A stretch of 64,000 nucleotides of DNA from a virus. This document shows, one piece after another, positions 47,311 through 57,186 of this stretch. The position numbers were made by a program, and so were the translations under genes. The notes under the pieces were generated by a model. It searched no databases. It saw only the letters and a list, made by a program, of their open reading frames with translations, and was not told the DNA's origin. The stretch is from IMG/VR virus record IMGVR_UViG_3300047550_003635, one strand, 5' to 3'. The stretch's first letter is position 1. Every line of letters starts with the position of its first letter.

Positions 47311-47944
47311 AATTATTATTAATACAGAACAAGAAACCTTTACATCACAACAATATAATGATGTAGAGGTAAAAAATAATATGAATGGTAATGAGTGGAT
47401 TGATTATCAACTGTCACAGGGTGAATATATTTCAGGAAAAGGTTTAGTCAATGTTTTAAAAAAACATTTTTCGACAAATATTATTGGTTGTGAGATAGGC
47501 GTTTGTTTGGGTGTTACAAGTGAGTATTTATTAAGTGAAATAAAAAACTTAACGAAATTATATTGTGTTGATAATTATCCTACATACACTGATTGGACTG
47601 GTGTTATTATGAATGATGTTAAACAAAATGCCATGAGAGAACATGCATTCAACAGATTAAAAAAATTTAATGAGAGGGTTGAATTTGTTTATGAATCAAG
47701 TGTAGATTTTTCTAAAAAAAATCCAGAAAAAACTTTAGATTTTATTTTTATTGATGGTGACCATAGTTATGATGGCGCTTTCAGAGACTTTCAAAATTAT
47801 TTTCCATTAATAAAAGATGGTGGTATATTTGCAGGACATGACTTTACATTAAAAGATGTAAATATTGCTCTGAGAAATTTTCTCGGTAAAAGAATAAATG
47901 AAGTCATACCTTTAGAAAATAATGCTTGGTATATAATAAAATGA
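47303..47944 (+). CDS. Class I SAM methyltransferase (Methyltransf_24-like)
   Basis: EIGVCLG, DFIFIDGDHSY, GGIFAGHDF; ATG at 47303. Confidence 0.8.
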   Translation: MDKIIINTEQETFTSQQYNDVEVKNNMNGNEWIDYQLSQGEYISGKGLVNVLKKHFSTNIIGCEIGVCLGVTSEYLLSEIKNLTKLYCVDNYPTYTDWTGVIMNDVKQNAMREHAFNRLKKFNERVEFVYESSVDFSKKNPEKTLDFIFIDGDHSYDGAFRDFQNYFPLIKDGGIFAGHDFTLKDVNIALRNFLGKRINEVIPLENNAWYIIK

Positions 47945-48672
47945 GTAATGTAATTTTTTGTCCTGTTGGAATTCCTTTAAATTATCATGATGCATATGAT
48001 AAAGATAATCACTGGAGAATGAAAAAAGATGGTCGAAATTATGAAACCATTTTGTGTCGATATAATGATTATGTTCCAGATTCAAACACATATGATTATA
48101 TTATAGAAAAATCTGGATATAAATGGAATCTTGTTAAATGTTTTTTGGAACTAATTGATTATACTAAGTATGCATATATTGGGTTTTGGGATGACGATTT
48201 GGTCACAGATATACAAAGCGTAAATAGAGCATTAGAAATTGCGACAGAAAAGAATTTAAAACTGTTTCAACTATCAACAATTTCTGGTTCAGAATCGACA
48301 CATAGAATACTTCATCAAAAACCAGAATTAAAATATGCAGTAACAAATTTTAATGAAGGTATGGGTCAATTTATACATTCATCATTAATGCCTATAATTT
48401 TAGAATTTTTTAAAATGCATGATGTAAAGAGTGGATGGGGATTCGACTTAATTTTGTCAGCAATCACAAAAGAGAAGTGTGGAGTGATACATGAAGTTTC
48501 AATGTATCATCCAGGAAAACCAAGCTATTATGATAAGAGTGATGCATTTGAAGAAATGTATCATATATTAAATGATGTATATCCAAAATTCATGAAAGAA
48601 TATTATAATGAAGATGTTGGACCATACAATCAAAATCAAACAGAATATGAATTGACATTTAGGGGTATATAA
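47941..48672 (+). CDS. DUF707-like putative glycosyltransferase
   Basis: KW, YIGFWDDDL, LFQ, SGWGFD. Confidence 0.6.
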   Translation: MSNVIFCPVGIPLNYHDAYDKDNHWRMKKDGRNYETILCRYNDYVPDSNTYDYIIEKSGYKWNLVKCFLELIDYTKYAYIGFWDDDLVTDIQSVNRALEIATEKNLKLFQLSTISGSESTHRILHQKPELKYAVTNFNEGMGQFIHSSLMPIILEFFKMHDVKSGWGFDLILSAITKEKCGVIHEVSMYHPGKPSYYDKSDAFEEMYHILNDVYPKFMKEYYNEDVGPYNQNQTEYELTFRGI

Positions 48673-49739
48673 TGGAAGAAAAAGTTCAAGGAAGAAGTTA
48701 CACAAGCAATCATGTCAAATTATTAAAACATCTTGACAGATTAAAAATAATTCAAGATGGTGGCAGACCTAAACCTGTTATGTTTCATATGTCACCATGT
48801 AATCCATGTAATCTCACATGTTCATTTTGCTGCTTTGCTAATCGTAGCATGAAAGAAATGTTGACTGTCGAACAGATGAAAAAAGCCATAGATTCATTTG
48901 CTGAATTGGGTGTAAAAGGTATGGAGTTTACTGGTGGTGGTGAACCAACGCTCCATCCAAAACTTGATGAAGTAATTGAATATGCTCATAACAAAGGTTT
49001 TAAAATAGGTATCTGCACTAACGGTTCAAAACTCAGAAAAGTTAAAAATTGGCATATGATATCATGGGTTCGTCTTGGTATGTATTCTTGGGACGAAAAG
49101 AAACCATATGAATATCATCTTGATGTGTTTGATGGATTAGATATTGAAATTTCAGCAGCATATGTTTGGGATGGTGCAACAGAAACTTCAACAAATCCAA
49201 ATATTACTGGTAAATGGAATGACCCAAAAGCTAAAAAATTAGCATCAAATGAATACAAAGAAGAAAATTTTCTTAAAATGCTTTCGTGGGTAGAAGAAAA
49301 GAAAATACCTTGCCGTATAGCATTCAATGCAATTAAAGATACAAAGATAGTTCAGCAAGACATTGAGAGTATTAAAAGATTAATTGCAAAACATGAATCG
49401 GAAAATGGTCCATTAAAATATGCTTTTTTGTCAGATTTTAATTTCAAAGGCGTTCGTCGTAATACAAATTGTTATATGCACATGGTAAAACCTTGCGTGT
49501 TTACAGACGGTAACGTGTATGTTTGTCCTTCAGCAGAATTAGCACCAGAAAATAATTATCATGTAAATGACCAATTTAAATTGTGTGATATTGATGGAAT
49601 ATTAGATTTCTATAATTCGCAAGTTGGTGGTCCTAATGTAACACGCAGAACACATGATTGTAGTTTTTGTAAATATGCATATCAAAATGAATTAATTGAT
49701 GATGTTTTAACTGAAACAAAACACAATGAGTTTGCATAA
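48672..49739 (+). CDS. Radical SAM enzyme with SPASM/twitch-like C-terminus
   Basis: CNLTCSFC, TGGGEPTLH, TNG, DGNVYVC, CSFC. Confidence 0.88.
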   Translation: MEEKVQGRSYTSNHVKLLKHLDRLKIIQDGGRPKPVMFHMSPCNPCNLTCSFCCFANRSMKEMLTVEQMKKAIDSFAELGVKGMEFTGGGEPTLHPKLDEVIEYAHNKGFKIGICTNGSKLRKVKNWHMISWVRLGMYSWDEKKPYEYHLDVFDGLDIEISAAYVWDGATETSTNPNITGKWNDPKAKKLASNEYKEENFLKMLSWVEEKKIPCRIAFNAIKDTKIVQQDIESIKRLIAKHESENGPLKYAFLSDFNFKGVRRNTNCYMHMVKPCVFTDGNVYVCPSAELAPENNYHVNDQFKLCDIDGILDFYNSQVGGPNVTRRTHDCSFCKYAYQNELIDDVLTETKHNEFA

Positions 49740-50353
49740 TGAATAATATATTTGATGAAAAATATTTTGAAGATGGTGTAAGAAATCGTGTCAGCGCATA
49801 TGAAAATTATCGTTGGATGCCTGAAAGAACGATTCGTGAAGCATCATCTATTATTAATAATATAAAATTTGATACTGTTTTGGATTATGGATGCGCTAAA
49901 GGATTCATGGTTTATGCTATGCGACTTTTAGGTAAAGAAGCACATGGCGTTGACATTTCCGAATATGCTGTCAATAATTGTCATCCCAAAGTCCAAGGTT
50001 ATCTTTCGGTAATTAATACACCAGAAGATATAAAAGGTGGATGGGATTTGATTATAGCAAAAGATGTTTTAGAACATATACCAAAAGAAAATATAGCTGA
50101 TACTCTATCTTCATTTAGAAGGCGTTGTAAAAATATTTTCATAGCAGTTCCTTTGGGTGATGGAACAAGATATAGAATTCGTGAATATGAAATGGATGTA
50201 ACACATATCATAAGAGAACCAGAAGAATGGTGGTTAACTACAATTGTTCAAGCTGGTTTTAAAATCAAATATTTCGACTATCAATTTGGACATCTAAAAG
50301 AAAACTGGACAACAAATCATCCTCATGGAAATGCTTTTATAGTAGCTGAATAA
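49739..50353 (+). CDS. Class I SAM methyltransferase
   Basis: VLDYGCAKG, GVDISEYA, DVLEHI. Confidence 0.85.
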   Translation: MNNIFDEKYFEDGVRNRVSAYENYRWMPERTIREASSIINNIKFDTVLDYGCAKGFMVYAMRLLGKEAHGVDISEYAVNNCHPKVQGYLSVINTPEDIKGGWDLIIAKDVLEHIPKENIADTLSSFRRRCKNIFIAVPLGDGTRYRIREYEMDVTHIIREPEEWWLTTIVQAGFKIKYFDYQFGHLKENWTTNHPHGNAFIVAE

Positions 50354-50403
50354 AGAATAAAAAATACTAAATACATCATTAACTGCTATAGAGGCGGAAA
50401 AAG

Positions 50404-52818
50404 ATGAATTTTATAGACTTTTTGCAAGAAAAAGAAGAAAAACACGGTGTCCTAGCTTTTGGACGAATGAATCCACCCACAACTGGTCATGAAAAGCTAG
50501 TCAATAAAGTCAAAGATGTTGCAAAAGAGCATAACGCATCCCATCATATCGTAGTTTCCCACACTCAAGATAAAAAGAAAAATCCTCTAACAGCAGAACA
50601 AAAGCAGAAACACGCTAAAAGATTCTTTCCTGGTGCAAATATTACTACTGCCAGCAAAGAAGAACCTACAATCCTTCACCATGCTGCAAGACTACACAAA
50701 CAAGGTATTACCCATCTTCATGTAGTTGGTGGTTCAGATAGAACTGAAGAATATCATAAACTTTTACAACAATATAATGGTGTTAAAAGTGGACATGGTC
50801 ATTATAATTTCAAAAAAATAACAGTCCATTCATCAGGTGAACGTGACCCTGATGCCGAAGGAACAGAAGGTATGTCAGCATCCAAAATGCGTAAACATGC
50901 ATCCGAAAACAATTATAAAGAATTCAAAAAAGGTGTTCCAAAACACGTTTCTGATGAACATGCAAGAGAACTATTCCATGATGTCCGTAAAGGTATGCAA
51001 GTAAAAGAATCAGAAGATATTAATGATTCATTTGAAATGTTGATGGAAGGTGTTCATGACCAAGGTATCTTCAAAGCAGTATTTCTTGCAGGTGGACCAG
51101 GTTCAGGCAAAGATTATGTCATGAATAAAACATTGGATGGTCATGGCTTGACTGAAATCAATTCAGACAAAGCACTTGAATATCTGATGGACAAACATAA
51201 TCTGAATAAAAAAATGCCCAAGAAGGAAGAAGAACAAAGAAATATCATTCGTGGTCGTGCAAAGAATATGACAGAACTTCGTCAAAGATTAGCTATTGAA
51301 GGTCGTAATGGACTGATTATCAATGGCACTGGTGAAGATTTAGATAAAGTAAAAAAAATTAAAAGTGAACTTGAGAAAATTGGTTATGGTTCTAAGATGG
51401 TAATGGTTCATTCAAGCGATGAAGTATCAAAGCAAAGAAATATCGCACGTGGTAAACGTGGTGGTAGAACAATACCTGAAAAGATTCGGAAAGAAAAATG
51501 GCAAGGCGCACAAAATAATCGTTCTGAATTTGCGAAAATGTTCGGCAACGATTATCATGAATATGACAATTCACATGATGCAATGACTGCACATCCTACA
51601 ATTCGTGCAGCAAAGGAACAAGAACTTCTTGATTTACATAAACATGTCAAAGATTTTGTTGCGAACCCAACAGACAATGAAAAAGCACAAAAATGGATTG
51701 CTGGTGAATTACAGAAAAAAGATACAGAACCAGTAAAGAGAAGTGGTGCCGAAAGAACGCCCCACCCAGATTCACAAGCAGCAAAAGAAGCATCTGAAAA
51801 AGGTCTCAAATTTTATGGTCATGGTCGTTATGGACAAAAAGGGCAAGTTACGCATCGTGCAATACAAGATAAACTTGTCGAGATACCAAAAGAAAAACCA
51901 CAACAACCAAAAGTTCCAACACAAGGTTCAAGTTATTCACATACATCAACACCATTAACACCAAAACAAAAGAAAAAATTGAAAACTATACAAAAACAAA
52001 GTAAGTTACCAAAAGATATCAAAAAAGTTAATGAAGAATTTGAAGAATTTTTATCAGAACAAATTTCAATAACGATTTCTGGTGATACACCCGAAGAAGT
52101 TAAAAGTGCATTAAAATTATTAAAGAATACAGAATCGGATGTTGATGAATCATATTCATTATCTGATGTGGATGCAATGTCAGTTCTTACTTTAGGTAAA
52201 GGTCTGATGAAAGAAGAAAATGAAAATTATATTAAAGATATGAGTGGTAAACCAAGAATTTTCCATCTTCGAACATCTGCTGCAAAAGAAGCGCATCAGA
52301 AAAATGGCACAATTGTTCCACATCCAAGTGGAAAAGGTTATATTGTTAAAATAAAGGAGAAGCAAAATGTTCAAGAAGCTATGGGAATTTCTAACACAAC
52401 CAGTAATCAAGGAAACAAAACCAGTGGAAGTAAAACAGGAAGTTCAAGAACCAATTCCAACACAACAGATACCAGAAGCGACGGAATTGCCAGTTCAGCC
52501 ATTGGAGAGCAATTTACCAGTAACAGAACCAGTAAAAAAATCACGCTCAAAGAAATCAGGGAAAAACAGAAAACAGTGATTGAGTCTATAGACCAAGGCA
52601 TTGAGCCAGGACTTTCAATGGCAGGTGCTGGAGAAAGTCCTGCGCGTGACACAGGTGAAAAAATAGACAAAAAGAAATTTGGTAAAGCATCACAAGTTGC
52701 TGAAACAATTGGTGCTGGTGGAGAAGATGCTTCGTCAATGAGCGATTTCAATCAAGAAACATTGAAGCAAAAAGGCATTAATCTAAAAACATTTAAATCT
52801 AAAAAGTTTGTAGGATAA
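50404..52818 (+). CDS. Multidomain protein: TxGH nucleotidyltransferase + P-loop (Zeta/PNK-like) kinase + low-complexity modules
   Basis: MNFIDFLQE; FGRMNPPTTGHEKL, GSDR, MSASKMR; LME linker; FLAGGPGSGKD; ACTAAATA at 50366. Confidence 0.8.
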   Translation: MNFIDFLQEKEEKHGVLAFGRMNPPTTGHEKLVNKVKDVAKEHNASHHIVVSHTQDKKKNPLTAEQKQKHAKRFFPGANITTASKEEPTILHHAARLHKQGITHLHVVGGSDRTEEYHKLLQQYNGVKSGHGHYNFKKITVHSSGERDPDAEGTEGMSASKMRKHASENNYKEFKKGVPKHVSDEHARELFHDVRKGMQVKESEDINDSFEMLMEGVHDQGIFKAVFLAGGPGSGKDYVMNKTLDGHGLTEINSDKALEYLMDKHNLNKKMPKKEEEQRNIIRGRAKNMTELRQRLAIEGRNGLIINGTGEDLDKVKKIKSELEKIGYGSKMVMVHSSDEVSKQRNIARGKRGGRTIPEKIRKEKWQGAQNNRSEFAKMFGNDYHEYDNSHDAMTAHPTIRAAKEQELLDLHKHVKDFVANPTDNEKAQKWIAGELQKKDTEPVKRSGAERTPHPDSQAAKEASEKGLKFYGHGRYGQKGQVTHRAIQDKLVEIPKEKPQQPKVPTQGSSYSHTSTPLTPKQKKKLKTIQKQSKLPKDIKKVNEEFEEFLSEQISITISGDTPEEVKSALKLLKNTESDVDESYSLSDVDAMSVLTLGKGLMKEENENYIKDMSGKPRIFHLRTSAAKEAHQKNGTIVPHPSGKGYIVKIKEKQNVQEAMGISNTTSNQGNKTSGSKTGSSRTNSNTTDTRSDGIASSAIGEQFTSNRTSKKITLKEIREKQKTVIESIDQGIEPGLSMAGAGESPARDTGEKIDKKKFGKASQVAETIGAGGEDASSMSDFNQETLKQKGINLKTFKSKKFVG
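52367..52579 (+). CDS. Nested out-of-frame small protein
   Basis: AAGGAG SD 7 nt before ATG; amphipathic N-terminus, P/E linker, basic tail. Confidence 0.55.
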   Translation: MFKKLWEFLTQPVIKETKPVEVKQEVQEPIPTQQIPEATELPVQPLESNLPVTEPVKKSRSKKSGKNRKQ

Positions 52819-52823
52819 TAAAA

Positions 52824-53855
52824 ATGAAAACATTCAAATCATTTATTGTTGAAGGTCGACCATCACAACAACATGCATTAGAAGGTCACGATTATCATAA
52901 AAAAACAGATAATGAATTGCGTTATGTCATGAAAGATGCAGGAGAAGCTGCAAAAGCGATGCGTGGACACAATGAAAAAGCTGAAAACAAATATATGGAC
53001 CAAGTGAATGATGCATCAACTGTTTTATATTTTAGAAAAACTCATGGTATGCCCGATTGGTATAAAAAGAAATATGGTCATATAAAAGAAGAAGTAGAAC
53101 AGATTGATGAACTTTCTGTTAAAAAATATTCTGAAGTATATAAAGTAGCATCGAAAAAAGATGGACAGAAACATATAGATGCACAACGTCGTGCATATAT
53201 GGCAGTAAAAAGAAAAGCAAAAGAAACATCAGAAAGAATGTATGAATCGTCCGATAAAGGACTTGCTGCTGCTCATTCTAAAGCAAAAGAAATAAGCAAA
53301 AGAGAAGGTGTTGTCCAGCATATTGAAAAAGACCCTAAAACTGGCCAACATACAGTTAGTGATTGGTATGATTCGGATAGAACTGTTGCAACATATAATA
53401 ACGGGAAACTAAGAGAAGATGTTGACCATATAGCAGAAGGTTCTAGTGCATCGAAATACAAAGTAAAAAGTATTGGTACCGACAAAAACGGTGATTACTA
53501 TATCAGTCCAAATACAGGCAAAAAAGTATATAAAAAAGTCAAAGTTGGCTCACATGAAACTCCAAGTGGTGAAATAAAAGAAAGTGCTGCATGGCAACGC
53601 TCAGAAGGTAAAAATCCAGAAGGTGGTTTGAATCGCAAAGGTATTGAATCTTATCGTCGTGAACATCCTGGTTCAAAACTATCAATGGCAGTTACAACAA
53701 AACCTTCTAAATTGAAAAAAGGTTCTAAGGCTGCAAAACGCCGTAAGTCATTTTGCGCTAGGATGTCTGGCATGAAGCGTAGATTGACTTCTGCAAAGAC
53801 TGCAAATGACCCAAATAGCCGTATTAACAAATCATTGAGAAAATGGAATTGCTAA
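52824..53855 (+). CDS. Modular internal-head-type protein with CTS-like N-terminus and basic C-terminal domain
   Basis: MKTFKSFIVE; IKEEVEQIDE, HIAE, IKE linkers; AAWQRSEGKNPEGGLN...RRKSFCARM...LRKWNC. Confidence 0.75.
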   Translation: MKTFKSFIVEGRPSQQHALEGHDYHKKTDNELRYVMKDAGEAAKAMRGHNEKAENKYMDQVNDASTVLYFRKTHGMPDWYKKKYGHIKEEVEQIDELSVKKYSEVYKVASKKDGQKHIDAQRRAYMAVKRKAKETSERMYESSDKGLAAAHSKAKEISKREGVVQHIEKDPKTGQHTVSDWYDSDRTVATYNNGKLREDVDHIAEGSSASKYKVKSIGTDKNGDYYISPNTGKKVYKKVKVGSHETPSGEIKESAAWQRSEGKNPEGGLNRKGIESYRREHPGSKLSMAVTTKPSKLKKGSKAAKRRKSFCARMSGMKRRLTSAKTANDPNSRINKSLRKWNC

Positions 53856-56800
53856 GTGGCACAATTTAGAACTGACTTAAAAAAGATAGATTCAGGACAA
53901 GTATTTACTCGGTATGAAGTGAATATGTTTTCTGACCGTCTTACACCATCTGGTACTATGACAGATGCGTTTGGTCGTTTGCGTATTGTAAATCCTTTTA
54001 CTTTGTTTGAAAGCACACATCGTTTTTCTGATAATGGGTTATGGGCAACATCAAATACAGCAGGAAATAGTTCATATACTTTTGTTGAAAACCAAAGTTT
54101 AATTGAGATGACTGTTGGTACAACCGCAAATGCTGAAGTTGCCCGAGAAACGACAAAAGTTATGTCTTATCAACCAGGTAAATCATTGTTGATAATGAGC
54201 ACCTTTGTTATGAATCAACCTAAACAAAATGTTCGTCAAAGAGTAGGTTATTTTGGTCGTGATAATGGCATTTTTTTTGAAAATGATGGCACAACAAATT
54301 ATTTTGTATTGAGAAGTAACACATCCGGAACAATTACCGAAACAAGAACTGCACAAACGGATTGGAATGTAGATAAATTTGATGGAACAGGTTACTCAAC
54401 ACAAAGTGGTGGCACAGAACACGCTTCCGGTATTGATGTGAGTAAATCAAATATTTTTTGGACGGATGTTGAATGGTTGGGTGTTGGTGATGTTCGTTGT
54501 GGTTTTGTAATTGATGGTAAAATGATACCTGCACACATATTCCACAACGATAATAAAAATATAGCTCCTTACATGACAACGGCTTCTTTGCCATTAAGAT
54601 ATGAAATAAAGAATACAGGAATTACAACAAGCAATTCAACATTAAAACAAATATGTTCAACAGTCATTTCTGAGGGTGGTTATGAACTATATGGTACTCA
54701 GCAAGCTATTCAGACAACAATTGGGTCCCCTGTTAATTTACCAACGTCTGGAACATATTATCCAGTTATTTCATTGAGATTAAAATCAAATCGTTTAGAA
54801 GCAATCGTAATTCTTACTGCACTATCAATTTTAGGTATTACAAATAACTCAGTTTATAATTGGCAAGTAAGGTCAAGTGCTAACACTTCTGGAGGTGGGA
54901 CTTGGACAGATGCTGGCACTAACTCTGCTGTTGAATATAAAATTGATGGTGGTTCAGTCACTGGCGGACGAATATTAGCATCAGGTTTTACTGGTGCAAC
55001 AGTTAGTGCGACGCCAGTTGATATTCTTAAAGAAGCATTATTCAAATTTCAATTAGAAAGAAACAGTTTTACCAACACTCCATATGAACTAACATTATGT
55101 GCCTCTGCTACCTTAAACGGTTCAGACATTTATGCATCAATGGATTGGGAAGAAATAACAAGATAACTTTTATTAATAAAGGAAAAAAACTATGTTTTCA
55201 GATAAAAAAACAAAAAGTGTAGCAGATGCAGTAGCTAAAATTATGAGCGAAGAACTAAAAGGTATGCAACACAAAATTGATGTTGCAGAACCAAAAGGTA
55301 AATTGACCGGTGCAGATTTCAAAAAACTTCGTTCTATGAAAAAAGAAGAAGCTGAACAAATTAATGAATTGAGTAGTAATACATTAAAAAATTATCAAGC
55401 TAAGAATATGGAAGCTGGTCAAATAGCAATGATTAGAGGTGATAAAAAAACTCTAGCAAAACGCACAGCAGGAAAACATGCTGTAGAAAAGAAACTCGCG
55501 GGATTACAGGGTGAAGAAGTTGAAAATCTTGATGAAGTCAAACTAGCAGATTTGCCAAAACGCACTGTTAAAGGTAAATCTTATGGTGCAGATTATGAGG
55601 ACCCAGAAGGAAAAGACGATGCTGATGAAAAACCAGCAGAACCAGTAAAACGCGGTCGTGGACGTCCAAAAGGAACTTTCAAACGTCGTTTCAATACCAA
55701 ATTGTATAAAGAATCGTTCACTGAAATGATGCAAAATTTGGACCAAAGAGGTCTTGATTTTGTTTCAGAAATGCTTGTTGTTGAAGAACCAACAAATGAC
55801 GAATATACTGCCGAAGTAAAAGATGCACAAGAAAAATCAGAAGGCAAAGGTAAAAAAGCAGAAGTTGCAAAACCAGCAGTTCAAGCTGTCAAGAATGAAG
55901 AAGTTGAACAGATTCTTGAAGGTAAAATGGATAAAATGTCACTTTCACATTTATGGAATTCTCATGCAGAGCATTCATATATGGCAGACCAAGGTTATGG
56001 TCATGGTGGTGCTAATCCAAATTTAAATCATCACGCAGCTACCGCAATTGAAAATCATGTTCGCAAACATTATGGAAATAAAGTGGCTGATGATATGGTA
56101 TCACATTCTGACCATCATGTGATTGCAGGCGAATATGCTGGACCAGATGATGCAGATTATCATGAAAAAGAAATGGAAAAATTGAAAAAGAAACATAATA
56201 TAAAAGAAGAGGTTGAACAGATTGATGAAGAAATTTTAAATGAAGTATCATTACAAACTAAAATAAAAGCATATGCTCAACATTCAAATGCCGCTTATGA
56301 AGCAGGTGATTATGGTAATGAAGATGATGAAGAAAAACATACAAAAAAAGCAGATAAACTATATGCTCACATTTTAAAACATCATGGACCTGAAGCTGCT
56401 GCACATGCTGAAAAAGCTGCTAATTCCGCTACATTTGGTACAGAAAAAAGTCGTAATCGTGGAAATGATAAACTTTCTGGTGGATTGCGTAAACACTTAT
56501 CAACACAAGTAACAAAATCAGGAAAAATCCCCAAATCAACACAAAAAGCAATGAAGAACGTTAGTTCAAGAATCACTGGTCCAAAAGGAAAATTACCAGA
56601 AGAAGTTGAACAGATTTTTGAAGGCAGAATCATTGGCCGTCGTGCAAGTAATTATCATAAAGAAACTGATTATTCTATGCCCAGACATCTAAGTATGTAT
56701 AATTATAGTCTAAAAGATTTACATCATGGACATGCATTTCACTCTTATGTCCGTGATGCAGAAGAACCTAAATATGGTGGTGGTCCACACGGCGCTGCTG

Positions 56801-57036
56801 CCGATACAGTGCATCGCATAGAAAAACATGTTCATGATGAATATGGACCAGAAGCAGCTAAACAGTTACATCATTCCGGCGGCGCCCGCGGCGGACCTGA
56901 TGGTGATGATGAAAATTATGAAAAAACTAAAAAATTAGCCCAAGCACATTACAAAAAATTGAAAGATGAAGAAAAAGTATTCACTAAGGCACCTATACAA
57001 AAAACGAAAAATGAAGAAGTTGAACAAATTGATGAA
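53088..57036 (+). repeat. Dispersed coding repeat GAAGAAGTTGAACAGATT(GATGAA), i.e. EEVEQI(DE)
   Basis: At least 7 degenerate copies in the 52824 and 55192 ORFs; looser variants in the 57183 ORF. Confidence 0.8.
53856..55166 (+). CDS. Beta-rich putative virion structural protein (GTG start)
   Basis: DAFGRLR, YQPGKS, EWLGVGDVRCGF, LPLRYEI; Thr/Ser/Gly-rich. Confidence 0.65.
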   Translation: MAQFRTDLKKIDSGQVFTRYEVNMFSDRLTPSGTMTDAFGRLRIVNPFTLFESTHRFSDNGLWATSNTAGNSSYTFVENQSLIEMTVGTTANAEVARETTKVMSYQPGKSLLIMSTFVMNQPKQNVRQRVGYFGRDNGIFFENDGTTNYFVLRSNTSGTITETRTAQTDWNVDKFDGTGYSTQSGGTEHASGIDVSKSNIFWTDVEWLGVGDVRCGFVIDGKMIPAHIFHNDNKNIAPYMTTASLPLRYEIKNTGITTSNSTLKQICSTVISEGGYELYGTQQAIQTTIGSPVNLPTSGTYYPVISLRLKSNRLEAIVILTALSILGITNNSVYNWQVRSSANTSGGGTWTDAGTNSAVEYKIDGGSVTGGRILASGFTGATVSATPVDILKEALFKFQLERNSFTNTPYELTLCASATLNGSDIYASMDWEEITR

Positions 57037-57186
57037 CGTCATTTAACATCAGCAGAAACCAAAAAGAAAGAGGAAGTTGTTAAAAGCATGAAGAAGAAAC
57101 TTTCTGGTTTCCGTGAACGTTATGGCAAACGTGCAAAAGAAGTGATGTATGCGACCGCTACCAAAGTTGCTAAAGGTAGCAAATGA
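55192..57186 (+). CDS. His/Lys-rich modular protein with six EE(V/A)E(Q/N)(I/L)xE linkers
   Basis: Linkers near 55345, 55513, 55897, 56205, 56599, 57013; AT-hook-like KRGRGRPK; paralogous modules. Confidence 0.75.
   Translation: MFSDKKTKSVADAVAKIMSEELKGMQHKIDVAEPKGKLTGADFKKLRSMKKEEAEQINELSSNTLKNYQAKNMEAGQIAMIRGDKKTLAKRTAGKHAVEKKLAGLQGEEVENLDEVKLADLPKRTVKGKSYGADYEDPEGKDDADEKPAEPVKRGRGRPKGTFKRRFNTKLYKESFTEMMQNLDQRGLDFVSEMLVVEEPTNDEYTAEVKDAQEKSEGKGKKAEVAKPAVQAVKNEEVEQILEGKMDKMSLSHLWNSHAEHSYMADQGYGHGGANPNLNHHAATAIENHVRKHYGNKVADDMVSHSDHHVIAGEYAGPDDADYHEKEMEKLKKKHNIKEEVEQIDEEILNEVSLQTKIKAYAQHSNAAYEAGDYGNEDDEEKHTKKADKLYAHILKHHGPEAAAHAEKAANSATFGTEKSRNRGNDKLSGGLRKHLSTQVTKSGKIPKSTQKAMKNVSSRITGPKGKLPEEVEQIFEGRIIGRRASNYHKETDYSMPRHLSMYNYSLKDLHHGHAFHSYVRDAEEPKYGGGPHGAAADTVHRIEKHVHDEYGPEAAKQLHHSGGARGGPDGDDENYEKTKKLAQAHYKKLKDEEKVFTKAPIQKTKNEEVEQIDERHLTSAETKKKEEVVKSMKKKLSGFRERYGKRAKEVMYATATKVAKGSK

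Noticed and set aside
53088-57036. GAAGAAGTTGAACAGATT repeats as a CRISPR array or DGR repeats
   Set aside because: Irregular spacing of hundreds of nt, always in frame, with synonymous variation; no cas or reverse transcriptase gene in the window
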